Source: Barthelona sp. PAP020 (taxonomy: Eukaryota). From it: a DNA stretch of 64,000 nt. The notes under the pieces are model-generated. The model did no database searches, was not told the DNA's origin, and worked only from the letters and a program-made list of their open reading frames with translations. Both the position numbers and the translations under genes were made by a program. Shown one piece after another: positions 34,069 to 45,218 of the stretch (positions are counted from its first letter, which is position 1; each line of letters starts with the position of its first letter). The stretch lies in assembly GCA_040182905.1 (NCBI GenBank), contig JARQWU010000005.1:62001-126000 (forward strand), given 5' to 3'.

Positions 34069-35161
34069 ATGTCACTTCTCTCTTTTTCCATCGATCATGG
34101 ACATGTAGAGTCATTATGTCGAGGATATATATCTAAATTGTTCAAACCAAGTGATTATAATATGTTGTCTCAATGTGAAAATTTGGAAGGTATCTTTTTG
34201 TCATAATTTAAATAAAAACTAACCAAAAGATTTTCGTTTACAATTATTAGCGACTGATTATTGTGAAATATTACAAGACACAACATCTGATTTGACTTCC
34301 CAAGAAATAAAGCAGTTATGTCAGCGATATTTGATGACAAAGTTTGAGACACTCAGATCATTAGCTTCTGGTGATTTAGAGGAATTCCTGGATTGGATGA
34401 CATTTCCATATATGATTGATAATATTGTTTTATTAATTACTGGTACTTTAAAAGGCCGTAAAACTCATGAACTTCTTGACCAATTACATCCATTAGGAAT
34501 GTTTCCAACGATGGAAGCAATTACTGCTTTGGGTTCTGCCCAAGAAATATATGACCTCATTTTAATTGATACCCCTATTGGACCTATCTTCAAAAAATGT
34601 TTGGTTTCTGAAGATTTTACTGAAAAATCAGTTGAAGAATTGAGGAATACCCTATACAAAGTATGGTTTGAGGAATTCTACAAATTCATTAAAAAATTGA
34701 AACCAACTTGTGAAAATTTGGAGCCTTTGTTATTTTATGAGGCCGATGTTCGTGTCATTACAGTTACTGCCAATGGATTATTTACAACGATGATGCAAGT
34801 GGATAGAACCAAATTTTTCCCAAAGATTGGCAATTTATTTCCAATTTTTCATGATAGATTAAAACGTTGTGAACATTTAGATGGGATAAAGACATGTTTA
34901 GAGGACAACAGATTGTTTAAAGACTTGTTGAATCCTTTAACTTTGGAACAAGATATTTCTGGATTGGACAGTGTTTTACAGAATAAATTGATGGAAAAAT
35001 GTGTGAATTGTCTGCAACAACATTCCCATTTTGGTACTTTTTATGCTTGGTTCAGATTGGCTGAAATGGAAATTCGTAACATTGAATGGATTGGTGAATG
35101 TATCAGATTCAAAAGTAGAGAAAGAATTTCTGAATATATTCCCACAATTAGATGTTCTTAA
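34069..35161 (+). CDS. VMA6: V-type proton ATPase subunit d; exons 34069-34189 and 34230-35161
   Basis: Spliced product reads MSLLSFSIDHGHVESLCRGY...LSQCENLE/DFRLQLLATDY...YMIDNIVLLITGTL...HPLGMF...EMEIRNIEWIGECI, the typical V0 d sequence. Confidence 0.93.
34190..34229 (+). other. Spliceosomal intron (40 nt, phase 1, AAG acceptor) in V-ATPase d
   Basis: GTATCT...ACTAAC-CAAAAG; removal joins the two ORF-track fragments in frame. Confidence 0.88.
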
Positions 35162-35531
35162 TTGGATTAAAATATAAAATTTTCATGAATTGTAGTTTAT
35201 GAATTGTATCAATAGTTATTTAGATAAACAATAAACAATTTTTTTTTATATGTGTTTTTTTAAGTGACAAATAAATTTAAGCACTTGTTGACAAATAATC
35301 ATTTTTATGTATTGATCCACATGCATAACCTGGTAAAGCGTTAGAAGGTCAAAGTTCATTTTCTCTTCTTTTCAAACAAAACAAATTTTTCTTTCAACAA
35401 TTTTTCACCATATTCACTATTCATTTAATCTGTTCGTCTTTAAAAACATGCGAAAGTTTGGTAAATTAAAAATGATTTTTTCCACAAGCTTGGATGAAGC
35501 ATTTTTTTTTTTTTAAAAATTTCAAATTCAA

Positions 35532-38500
35532 ATGGATCAATCCTTACTTGATCAATTTGCTCTTGCTATTGAACAAAAGGATCTTGAAACTGCAATCACA
35601 TTGATGAAAAAGGATATTTCTTGCTTTTGTGGTTTTGTCAATATCGAACAAGATTTTAAACTTATTGTCACAGGTGAGACTCCACCGGAAGCACCTGAAT
35701 TGTACTATTTTGTTCCTCCAAAAATTGACACCGATTATTTTTTTGAGATATTGAACAAATTTGAAGGAGTTGAATGTAATTGTTGTTCTTATTTGAGACG
35801 TATTTATTGTTATCACGAACATCCCAACATTTCTGAAACATTTGAAGCATTGAGTTGTGCTTTGAAGAATGACCATAAAATTTGTTGGATATCAATTTTG
35901 GAGAACTTGGAACACCACCATAACTTTAAATATGTTCGACCTTGGCAGATGCCTTTATGTCAGCCTGAGACACCTCATTCTTTGTGGTTTTCCAAAATTG
36001 CCTTATGTTTTCAGAATTTAAATCCAGATGGTAAGTGCTCATTTGTTGATCAATTTCCTATTGTTTTGGCTGTAGTTCAACGCAATCGCTCTATTTTAAA
36101 ATGGCTTTTAGAAATTGGTTGTAATCCCAATAGATTGTCAAAAATCAAAGGTTATTCAGCTCTTAGTGAAGCTGTGCATTGTAATGACTATGAAATGGTA
36201 AAAATTTTGTTGGATGCAAATGCTGATCCTATGTTGGGAACGATTAGTGCTTTTAAAGTGGCTTTACGAAATCGTGCATCATTGGATATTTTCAAAGAAT
36301 TATGCAAATTTCCCATGAGTAAAGAAGAATTTTCTGCACATCCTCATTTCCTTAACAGCACGATGATATGTTCTGATGATGTTTTGGAGCATTTATTTGA
36401 GTTTTTAGACTTTGATTCCTTTAAAGATCATGCTTCTTCAATGTTATACAATCTTTTGAGCAGAAATTGCATGAAGTCCGTTAGAAAATTGATTGAAAAA
36501 GGTGTGAATCCCAACCAAAGTTATATGTTTTTGGAAACTGAATTGTTTCCATTGTGGGGTGCATTTTTGTCGACACATATTGATTTCGATGAGTTAGAGA
36601 GATTAGGATTTGATTTTAGTTTAAAAACCCAAAAAGGAAACACTTGCTTAATATTTGTTTGTTCAAGATTGGTCCATTGGAAAATTATTGAGCGATTAAT
36701 GCAGATGCCATATGTCGAAACTGACCTTTCCGCTGGAGAAGCTTATATTTCTGATAATCCTGGGTCACTTGATAATTTATTCAAATTAGCTGATTATGAG
36801 CATAAGTTTTCAATTAAGAGTGCTGCTCTTGCATTAGCTAATTTTCCTGGTGAGATGAACCAAATTTTGGACCGCGTTGATGACATTAACGCTCTTACAA
36901 ACACAGGAGAAAATATTTTACACATTTATTTGCATGGTTTGACAAAAATCGCTGCAACACGCGATAATTTTAGGATTGCTTCCTTTGATCCAATCAGAGA
37001 ATTGGTTAAACGTGGAGTTGACATTAACCATCAAGATAATGAAGGAAACCCTCCCATATTTAACATCGTTAAATTGAAAAAGGGTTCTATGACTGGTAGA
37101 ACATCAATACCCGTCAACATTTTGGGGTTCATGAAGGCTTTAGGAGCAAATATACGATTGACAAATAATATTGGAGAAACTGCTTTACATTATTGTATGA
37201 ATGTTACAATAGCTCATCGATTGGGGGTACTTGGTGTATTTGTTTATGATGTTGATAATAATGGTCATTCAGTGATACATAAATGGATTTTGGAGAAAAA
37301 ATATCGTTTGCTGAAAGAGTTTATTAAGGCTAATGTTTTTGATTTGAACTTTGTTCCTCAGAAAGGTCTTTCACCTTTGGGCTTTGCTATTAAACGAAGT
37401 ACTTGGAGAATGGTGGAGTTGTTAATGACGTCAAAGTATTGTAACTTCCATCACGCTGTTGATGAATCATTTTTGATGCCCCTTGTCTATGCAGTTATGT
37501 TGGAACGTTGGGAAATTGTTGAAAAATGTTTGAACTTGGAATATGCTAACCCTTTTTTAACACCCGAGGTGTTTAGACAGTTATATGAGAAGAATCATGA
37601 ATTATGGAAGAAAGCCATCGCATGGAAGAGGGAATTTAATTATGAGGTTGATTTGGCTGATAGTAAATTTCAACCCGATAAATATCCCTATGTTCCTGTA
37701 ATTTTGAGTAAAAATATGGAAGATTTAGAGTTCCTGCTTTCACACAATCTAATTGCCTTTGATCAAACTGATGTTTTATTTGGAATTTGTCGAACTGGTT
37801 GGCTTGATGGTTTAAAAGTTTTGGTTTCTTCGGGTTTAGATATAAATCAACGTTATCACCTTAAAACTGAGGAAATTTTTGAAAATGGCCAGTCAAGGGT
37901 GATTGAAAGCAATGTTAATGCTTTGCACATGGCTTGTGAATCTGGTGTGTTTGAATTGGTTGAATATCTGGTTGAAAGTGGGTTGAAAGATATTGAAGCG
38001 GTTAATGAACATGGTGAAACTTGTTTATCTGTAGCATGCTTTTTTGGTTTTGCTGAAATTGTTAGTTTTTTGTTGGAAATGGGAGCTAATGTTAATTGTC
38101 GAGACAAATTTCTTCAAACACCTCTTATGACTGTTGTTTGTAAAGCCAAACCATCTGCTGAGAATTATATTCTTATCACCCATTTATTGTTAGAATATGA
38201 TGCAGACCTATTTGTTGAGGATGATCGTGGTTCTTCATTGATTGCATTTGCTTTAACAAGCCTTAATTTGGATTTGATCAGAACCATTTATGAAAAATGT
38301 GATAATCCAGTTGAATTATTTGATATTGCTTATAATTTACCCAGATTGAGTTATAACGATCAATATGCTTCTATTCTATCCACAATTGCACAAGAATTTA
38401 ACATTCCATTGGAAAAACCAATTCAAAAAGAAGAAGAAGAAGAAGAAGAAGAAGAAGAAAAGAAATCAAATGATGATAAATTAGAAAATGAAGTGGAAGA

Positions 38501-38546
38501 AGAAGAAGAAGAAAAAGGAGTACATCCTGAATCAACAAATGTTTGA
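35532..38546 (+). CDS. Ankyrin-repeat protein (1004 aa) with acidic tail
   Basis: Multiple ankyrin motifs: GYSALSEAV, GNTCL, GENILH, GETALH, GETCLSVAC..G.AEIVSFLLEMGANVN, QTPLM. Confidence 0.88.
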   Translation: MDQSLLDQFALAIEQKDLETAITLMKKDISCFCGFVNIEQDFKLIVTGETPPEAPELYYFVPPKIDTDYFFEILNKFEGVECNCCSYLRRIYCYHEHPNISETFEALSCALKNDHKICWISILENLEHHHNFKYVRPWQMPLCQPETPHSLWFSKIALCFQNLNPDGKCSFVDQFPIVLAVVQRNRSILKWLLEIGCNPNRLSKIKGYSALSEAVHCNDYEMVKILLDANADPMLGTISAFKVALRNRASLDIFKELCKFPMSKEEFSAHPHFLNSTMICSDDVLEHLFEFLDFDSFKDHASSMLYNLLSRNCMKSVRKLIEKGVNPNQSYMFLETELFPLWGAFLSTHIDFDELERLGFDFSLKTQKGNTCLIFVCSRLVHWKIIERLMQMPYVETDLSAGEAYISDNPGSLDNLFKLADYEHKFSIKSAALALANFPGEMNQILDRVDDINALTNTGENILHIYLHGLTKIAATRDNFRIASFDPIRELVKRGVDINHQDNEGNPPIFNIVKLKKGSMTGRTSIPVNILGFMKALGANIRLTNNIGETALHYCMNVTIAHRLGVLGVFVYDVDNNGHSVIHKWILEKKYRLLKEFIKANVFDLNFVPQKGLSPLGFAIKRSTWRMVELLMTSKYCNFHHAVDESFLMPLVYAVMLERWEIVEKCLNLEYANPFLTPEVFRQLYEKNHELWKKAIAWKREFNYEVDLADSKFQPDKYPYVPVILSKNMEDLEFLLSHNLIAFDQTDVLFGICRTGWLDGLKVLVSSGLDINQRYHLKTEEIFENGQSRVIESNVNALHMACESGVFELVEYLVESGLKDIEAVNEHGETCLSVACFFGFAEIVSFLLEMGANVNCRDKFLQTPLMTVVCKAKPSAENYILITHLLLEYDADLFVEDDRGSSLIAFALTSLNLDLIRTIYEKCDNPVELFDIAYNLPRLSYNDQYASILSTIAQEFNIPLEKPIQKEEEEEEEEEEKKSNDDKLENEVEEEEEEKGVHPESTNV
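38430..38459 (+). repeat. (GAA)10 microsatellite encoding poly-Glu
   Basis: Read directly from the sequence. Confidence 0.85.
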
Positions 38547-38652
38547 TATCTTTGAGTTTTAACCTGCAATGTTAGTTGTTTATTTATTGTTTATTTTTTT
38601 GTAAATAAGTATGTTTTATTTGTTTTTTTTTTTTTTGGCTTGAAAAAGGAAG

Positions 38653-39715
38653 ATGTCAAATATTCTTTTTTCACAACACATGATTACAAATTTGAGTTCT
38701 TTGTCTGTTTATCTATCAAATCACCCAGTAATCTCAACTGAATTTTTGTGGATTCCAGCCAAATTGATGGAGAGGTGAAATTGCCAAACAAAAATACAAT
38801 TTGCCAATCAATCAGGAAATTTTGAAAACATTTTCTCTTCCCTGTTCTTTGTGGTCTCGTAACAGAAAAATTTTGAACTTTTAGTTCTGATGGATGCTTC
38901 ATTGCAGTGGCTGGATATAATAGTAGTTTGCTTAGAGTTTACAACGCAAACACATATGAAATTGTGCATGAATCACAATATGTAATGGCTGTAGGTCTCA
39001 ATTTTAGTGCTGATTCCAAAATATTGGTTGTTGTAGGGAATGGTCCAATAATTTATATTATTGATGTTGAAAATTGGAGAACAATACAAGTGATTGATGA
39101 TATGACAAAAAATGTAAAACAGGTTTTATTCTCACCCGATGACAAATTGCTTTCTTTTGGTATGTATGATGGTTATATTGCAATATACACAGTCGCAGGA
39201 CAGAAGTTGCATGAATCTCGAGCGCACAAAGATCGAGTAAGATCAGTACGTATCAGTCCTGATATGAAGTACTTTGCTTCCATGAGTTATGATGGATATT
39301 CAAAGTTGTTTCTATTGGAGACATATGAAGAGTTTCACAAGTGGCATCATGATGGAATGTTGGTTTCATCAGGTAACTTCTCACCTGATGGTGCTTATTG
39401 GGCCACAGGTGATCAAACTGGCATTGTTAGGATATTTGATGTTGAATCTGGAGAGTTGTTGAGAAGGTATAAGGTTCATGATTGGTGGTTATTTTCCATA
39501 ATCTTTTCCCAAGATGGTTCAACGATTTATTTAGGTTCTTGGGATAGGTCTTTTGCTGTAATTAGAAAGATACTGGTCAAGTGCAACAGAAAGTAAGTGT
39601 GTTGTTTGAGATTTATGCTATGGCCCTCAATTACAATAGAACTCGTTTGTTGTGTAGTGGAAGGAACGATGGAGATGATGTGCCAATTCAAGAATTCATT
39701 GCTTCAGAGATGTAA
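38653..39715 (+). pseudogene. Frameshifted WD40-repeat gene (pseudogene or assembly indels)
   Basis: The core frame 38877-39596 has clear WD40 blades (FSSDG, FSADS, FSPDD, ISPDM, FSPDG, FSQDG) but no ATG at its 5' end and is preceded by an in-frame TGA at 38874. The last blade continues in the -1 frame from 39569 (DTGQVQQKVSVLFEIYAMALNYNRTRLLCSG...*39715). The 5' boundary is uncertain. Confidence 0.65.
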
Positions 39716-40320
39716 AACTCAACATTTTAGTTTGCTTTTACATCCTAATATCAAATTTTTTACCCAACCTGACAGATTTCTCAACAAATATGTAAATTTG
39801 GACCTAATTTTTTCATTTCATCAATCAATTAATTCTTTATAGTCACCTTCACACAGGTAGCATATTAATGGGAAATTACATTCCTTTTGACAAAGACATA
39901 CATTTCACCATTCATTAGCCTTTAGCAAGTTTTTTATACTTGATAATGCCGCTGTTTATGTACAACCAAAGTAAACTCAAAAAACAAATTGAGTAAATTT
40001 CAACCAAAAGAAATGAGTTACTTAAATGTAATCTTGAAGAGTAATTGTGAAAATTTGGGAAAGAATCATTTCAACTCTTATCTCTCACTTTGAAAAGACC
40101 TCCAATAAAATGTGCATAAATCTCTTCAATACCCTCCAATAATGTTTCTTGACGTGAAAATAAAACAAACAATGATGGAAATAATGTTTACAAGACAGTT
40201 TTTTGAACTTCTAGCGATCTAACCAAAAAAAAAAATTATTTGAAATGTGAAATGGGTTAGTTCATGCAACCAAGATATCTTATCTACAACAGAAAAATGA
40301 ATGCCAACATATTAACTTCT

Positions 40321-43086
40321 TCATTGTTTGCTAGAGTTATTTAAATTAATATTTTTTAGTTCTAGTGATTTTTTTCTTGAACTTTGACCAAAAGTCTTTT
40401 CCATTAATCCCGCATTTTTTTGACTGATGATATCTTCATCGATTTTCTTTTTAGCAAAATCTTCATTTTGTGTGGAAATTATTTCTTTTTTTTCGGTTTT
40501 ATTTGTAATAAGAGTGTTATTAGCAACATTGACATTCTTTGCTTGAGAAATTATTTGAGTAGTATTTTTATGATTTTGATTTGCTAAAATGTTGGTTTTC
40601 ATAGACATTTTTCCCCCAGCACTTTTTTGTTTATTCATAGATTCCCTTTTCTCTTTTGCTTTCCTCATGGCTTCTTCCTTTCTTTTTCTATCCTCTTCAG
40701 ATTTTTTTCTCTTTTCTGCCATCATCCTTTCACGTTTCTCTTTAACTATTTGTTGAGCTTGTTTTGAAGAACGGTTTTTTATTGCAGTTGTGGCGGTAGT
40801 GGTTGTTCCTGTTGAAGCTGTTGTCGATGATTGTGTAATGGAAGCAGCTTTGTTCACATTAATCATAGTTTTAGCTTCATTTATACTTTTCTTTGCCACA
40901 GTTTGATTGAATATATTTTTGGTTCTATCTTTATTCTCCTCAATTCTGGGATTTTCAATGGAAGTACCAGAAACTATTTTTTCAGTAATCTCATTCGTTT
41001 TGTTGGATGGTTCAATGATCTCTTTCAATTTTTTCCCTGCTCTCTCTGCTTTTTTAACTTCTTCAATAATTACATTTTTTTTCAATTCATTTGCCAGTTC
41101 TCTGTTATGATCTTGAATCTTTTCAACTTTTTCAACACTGATAACAGGTAGTTTCTCAATTTCGATTTCTTCAACTTCAGCTTCGCTTTCATTTTCCTCA
41201 ATATTAGAGGCAACCAATTCCTTTTCTTTTTTCTCCAAATCATCATCTCTCACAATTTTTTTTTCAATAATCTCTCCATCTCCTTTAGTTTCTGCTTCAT
41301 CATTTTTAGTTTCTTCCACTATTAAAACATCTTTGGTATTTTTATCTTTACTGGTACTTTTTTCTACTTTTTCATCTGATGATTTTTTCATTTCCACATC
41401 AATCGAACTTGAAGTTTCAGTCACAGTTATTGTTTCAGTTTCATGCCCATTTTCAACATCATCATGTTCATTTGACTTATTTTTGCTTTCATCTGGTTCA
41501 TTTGCCGTCATTGACTCTTTTTCTATCAATTCATCCTCTTCTTCAAAGACATCTTTTGTGGAAATAGTTAATGACGCCAATAAACCTGTGGGTGAAACAG
41601 GCCTTGCCTTTTGATTTTTCTTGACAAGAGGGGTAACAAGCTCATTGACAATTTCATCTTTTCCTTTTCTTTCCACAATTTGACGTTGAGAAGAACAGTC
41701 TAATTTGCTTGAATTTATATTATTCTTTTCATCAATTTCTGGTTCTTTTTTTATTGAATTCAAAAAATCATTGATGGAAGGCAATTCAATTTTTCTGGAG
41801 GGAGTCATCAACCTCCTTTTTGGAACTATATCTGTTTGTAACTTAATTGGTGTACCATTTAAAAAATTTTTTAACCTTGTACGACTCTTAACAGAAGGAA
41901 TCTTGTCCAAGGCTTTTTCCATTTCTTCCTTTGACAATAAACTTCTTTTCCTCTTTGAGTGTGTTAAAGGAGGTTTAGAAGACTTTGAATTTGCTTTTGA
42001 CTTCGAGTTTGACGTTTTATTTTGATTTTTGGATTTTGACTTTGATGATTTTTTTGGTTTTTTATCATCCTTTACTTCAACTTCCAATTCAGGTTCCTTC
42101 TTTTTTGACGATGATCTTTCTCTAACAATAGAAGGCTTTCTATCTGTTACACCCGCCAATAAGGCATCTGTTAAGCTCATTGAATAAATATCACCACTGT
42201 CAATCACCAATTCAAGCACTTCATTTTTCTTTTTATACAACCAATACATGCATGTAAACGAAGTATTGACAACAACTGAATCATATCCCTTATCAATCTC
42301 CAAATAACCAATCTTCTCAACATTCATTGGTCCAAAAGCCAATTTATAGATCTGTGGGGCAGGGATATTTGAAAAAAATGCAGCAAAAGTACGTCTTGTC
42401 GAAGAATAACATATTCCCTTTAAACGAGAAAAATCAAACTTAAATTTTTGCCGAGAGGTTGAATCACTCAAACTTCTATTGACCATCGTCTCAACAAAAC
42501 TGCTGCCAAAAAGTAACATGAATTTCTTTGTCCACACAGTGATAGCTGAATATCTATTTTCAAAACCATATGGATTCTCCACCATTTTATAGCCTCTGCT
42601 AGGGTATACAGAATGAAAAACACCATCCACCAAAAACACCATCTGTTCTTCAATATCTTCTGTCAACCACTCAGGACTATATGGTTGTGCATGGAATGTG
42701 TGCTCAAAAAGACAATCAAATTTTAAATTGAAAATGTATGCAGTGCCATCATTAGTAAAACACACAAAAAAACCCTTTGAGGGATGAAACCGTATGTCTG
42801 TAACATCATCTTCTAACTCAATTGTGTTTAGGGGATCAAAATCGTATAGATCCTTGGATATTTTGTAACTATGCATTTTTTTATCATCAGTGGCTACAAT
42901 ACAAGAGTTTCCTGCACGATTAATAATAAAGTGTTTGATAGTTTTAGACACAGTCAAAACCACTGTACCCGTACATGTGCCAACATTTAAAGCATACAAT
43001 TGATTACCCATCGCGATATAAATAAATTGTCTCTTAACGACAGAAAAATGAACTAATGTTGTTCGAGTGTAAATAGGATGTATCAT
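40321..43086 (-). CDS. Protein with N-terminal beta-propeller-like domain and long charged low-complexity C-terminus
   Basis: 921-aa ORF. The N-terminal ~300 aa are WD40-like (VTDIRFHPSKGFFVCFTNDGTAYIFN); the remainder is K/E/S/T-rich and probably disordered or coiled-coil. Confidence 0.7.
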   Translation of the reverse strand: MIHPIYTRTTLVHFSVVKRQFIYIAMGNQLYALNVGTCTGTVVLTVSKTIKHFIINRAGNSCIVATDDKKMHSYKISKDLYDFDPLNTIELEDDVTDIRFHPSKGFFVCFTNDGTAYIFNLKFDCLFEHTFHAQPYSPEWLTEDIEEQMVFLVDGVFHSVYPSRGYKMVENPYGFENRYSAITVWTKKFMLLFGSSFVETMVNRSLSDSTSRQKFKFDFSRLKGICYSSTRRTFAAFFSNIPAPQIYKLAFGPMNVEKIGYLEIDKGYDSVVVNTSFTCMYWLYKKKNEVLELVIDSGDIYSMSLTDALLAGVTDRKPSIVRERSSSKKKEPELEVEVKDDKKPKKSSKSKSKNQNKTSNSKSKANSKSSKPPLTHSKRKRSLLSKEEMEKALDKIPSVKSRTRLKNFLNGTPIKLQTDIVPKRRLMTPSRKIELPSINDFLNSIKKEPEIDEKNNINSSKLDCSSQRQIVERKGKDEIVNELVTPLVKKNQKARPVSPTGLLASLTISTKDVFEEEDELIEKESMTANEPDESKNKSNEHDDVENGHETETITVTETSSSIDVEMKKSSDEKVEKSTSKDKNTKDVLIVEETKNDEAETKGDGEIIEKKIVRDDDLEKKEKELVASNIEENESEAEVEEIEIEKLPVISVEKVEKIQDHNRELANELKKNVIIEEVKKAERAGKKLKEIIEPSNKTNEITEKIVSGTSIENPRIEENKDRTKNIFNQTVAKKSINEAKTMINVNKAASITQSSTTASTGTTTTATTAIKNRSSKQAQQIVKEKRERMMAEKRKKSEEDRKRKEEAMRKAKEKRESMNKQKSAGGKMSMKTNILANQNHKNTTQIISQAKNVNVANNTLITNKTEKKEIISTQNEDFAKKKIDEDIISQKNAGLMEKTFGQSSRKKSLELKNINLNNSSKQ

Positions 43087-43388
43087 TAAAACGAATTAAA
43101 CAAAAAAAAATAAAGAAAAAAAATTTGAACAAGCTTTCAATTTTTTTATTGTTTAAAAACTATTAAAGCACGCAGAATGCGACAATAGCAAAGCAAAATT
43201 AGCAGTTAAACTCTTTTTCATCAAATAATGGTAAAAACATTGTTTTGCACCAGATATTTTTGTTTTTAAGGGGTATCACGTTATAAATTATGTTTATACA
43301 ATCATAATAAAAAAAAAAACAGCAAATGTCCAATTTTGATGAAAAAGGAATAAAAATTCAATTTTTTTTTTCAATTTATCAATTTATC

Positions 43389-45128
43389 ATGCATGTGTCT
43401 CATAATACCGAAAATGAATTAGATTTTAGAGTAATGAATGCTATTGACAGCTTGGATAAAATGGTTGAACAGAATTTAACATCTAAAGAGAATATTTACG
43501 ACATTATGAATAAATATAATAAATTGCAAGAAGAATATGAACATTTAAAAGAAACAAATGAAAAATTGAGGAAAAACGAAGAAGAATCGTTGGAGAACAA
43601 AATGAAAATTGAAAAATTAATTTATGAAAATACTGTTTTGAAAGAGCAATTGATGGAATTTAAGGATAAATTTGATGATATCTATAATAAGACGAATGTT
43701 GATATGATAAATATGAAGAATAAATTAAGAGTTTTGATGAATGAAAGAGATGAATATGAAAATGAGTTAGATTATTTCAAAAGAGAATTAGTTTCCCTTA
43801 AAAACAATTACACAGATGATTTAATGGATCTTTCTTTTGGTATTAGTTCTTTCCATGATGAACAGTCAATGGTTCAAAAATTTGGAGGCGAAACCATTTC
43901 TAAATCCGGAACTAATATAATGAGTACAATAGATAGCAGGGAATCAACTTTTGTACCTTCACCCACAATTGAATCCATTAGAAGTCGTCTTGCTAATACC
44001 AAATTTCCACTTGATTTGAATCGCATGCACAAAAGTCCAAAGCGATCACCATTTACTTTGTCTCAGCCACTTCATTTCAATTCCACCATGTCTCAATTGC
44101 AATCTACTTCAGAATGTGATGTTCGGAAGCAGCTTAATTCTCAAATTAAAACTCCACAACGTCCCCCAAGTACAGTTAGAAATACTCTTCGTGAAAATGA
44201 TTTGAATGAAACACCTATGTCCACACAACTTCTTGGAATGTCACCTTTACGTACTTTAACCCCCTTCAAATTGAAACCAAACACTGTGAACATGCATTTT
44301 GTTGACGAAGAATTGTCAAGACCACTTGATCTTAATTCTTTGGTTGATGATAGTGTGATTCAGTCTTTATTGGATCAAAGTGTTCCATATGAGTCTTTGG
44401 ATTCTTTTTTTCAAACCGTTTTTTCAAACAAAAAATCAGTAGTTTGTTTAGTTGGAGGAGGGGGAAAAACCTCTTTGATGCATCGATTGGCGAAATATAT
44501 TTATAAGGACAGAGGTTGCATTTTGACGACAACAACACACACAAACCTAATTTCTGAATCTTCTTTTGAGAAATTTGTTGAAATGAAATCTCCTTCTGAT
44601 TTTCCTTCAATTGATAGGGTAAACCCTGGAGAAAGAGTTGCTATTTTATCAAACAAGAAGGTAAAAAAGGATCATGTATCATTTTGTGGTGTTGATGTTC
44701 AACACTATCAACAGCTTTTAAATTTAACAGATGTGATTTTAATTGAAGCAGATGGTGCAAGAAGAAGACCATTTAAAGCACCAAAAGAAACTGAACCAGT
44801 AATTCCTGATTGTACAAATGTTATTATTAATGTCATTGGCTTAGATGCATTATTTTTGAAAGTTTCAGAATGTCATAGACCAGAAATTATATGTAAATTT
44901 GCCAATGTCGATGAAAATACCATTGTTAATTCTGATATTATTAAAAGTGTCATTCAACATCCATTAGGTCCCTTTAAAAATTGTCCTATTGATTGTAAAA
45001 GGATTATTGTAATAAATAAAGCAGATATTGATCCCAATTTGGCTTTAACTTTGAAAGATGACCTTCAATCATCTATTAATATTCCCGTTTTTGTTGTAAG
45101 TACTTTACATGATAAATTGTATCGTTGA
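43389..45128 (+). CDS. yqeC: Fusion: N-terminal coiled-coil/S-T-P-rich region plus C-terminal YqeC-like domain (selenium-dependent molybdenum hydroxylase accessory protein)
   Basis: The C-terminal ~240 aa carry the YqeC motif series VCLVGGGGKTSLMHRLA, ILTTTTH, VILIEADGARRRPFKAP..EPVIP, VIGLDAL, HRPE and IINKAD. The ORF is continuous. Start is 43326 or 43389. Confidence 0.85.
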   Translation: MHVSHNTENELDFRVMNAIDSLDKMVEQNLTSKENIYDIMNKYNKLQEEYEHLKETNEKLRKNEEESLENKMKIEKLIYENTVLKEQLMEFKDKFDDIYNKTNVDMINMKNKLRVLMNERDEYENELDYFKRELVSLKNNYTDDLMDLSFGISSFHDEQSMVQKFGGETISKSGTNIMSTIDSRESTFVPSPTIESIRSRLANTKFPLDLNRMHKSPKRSPFTLSQPLHFNSTMSQLQSTSECDVRKQLNSQIKTPQRPPSTVRNTLRENDLNETPMSTQLLGMSPLRTLTPFKLKPNTVNMHFVDEELSRPLDLNSLVDDSVIQSLLDQSVPYESLDSFFQTVFSNKKSVVCLVGGGGKTSLMHRLAKYIYKDRGCILTTTTHTNLISESSFEKFVEMKSPSDFPSIDRVNPGERVAILSNKKVKKDHVSFCGVDVQHYQQLLNLTDVILIEADGARRRPFKAPKETEPVIPDCTNVIINVIGLDALFLKVSECHRPEIICKFANVDENTIVNSDIIKSVIQHPLGPFKNCPIDCKRIIVINKADIDPNLALTLKDDLQSSINIPVFVVSTLHDKLYR

Positions 45129-45218
45129 GACAATTTTTTTTTTTATTTCTTGTGGTTTTTGAAGTGTCAAGAAGAAAGTTGATTGCATAATTTTTTCATA
45201 TTTTTTCATTTGAGTATT

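Noticed and set aside
38874..38876. In-frame TGA before the WD40 frame as possible selenocysteine or readthrough
   Set aside because: Better explained by an adjacent 1-nt frameshift; WD40 context and further disablements argue against recoding.
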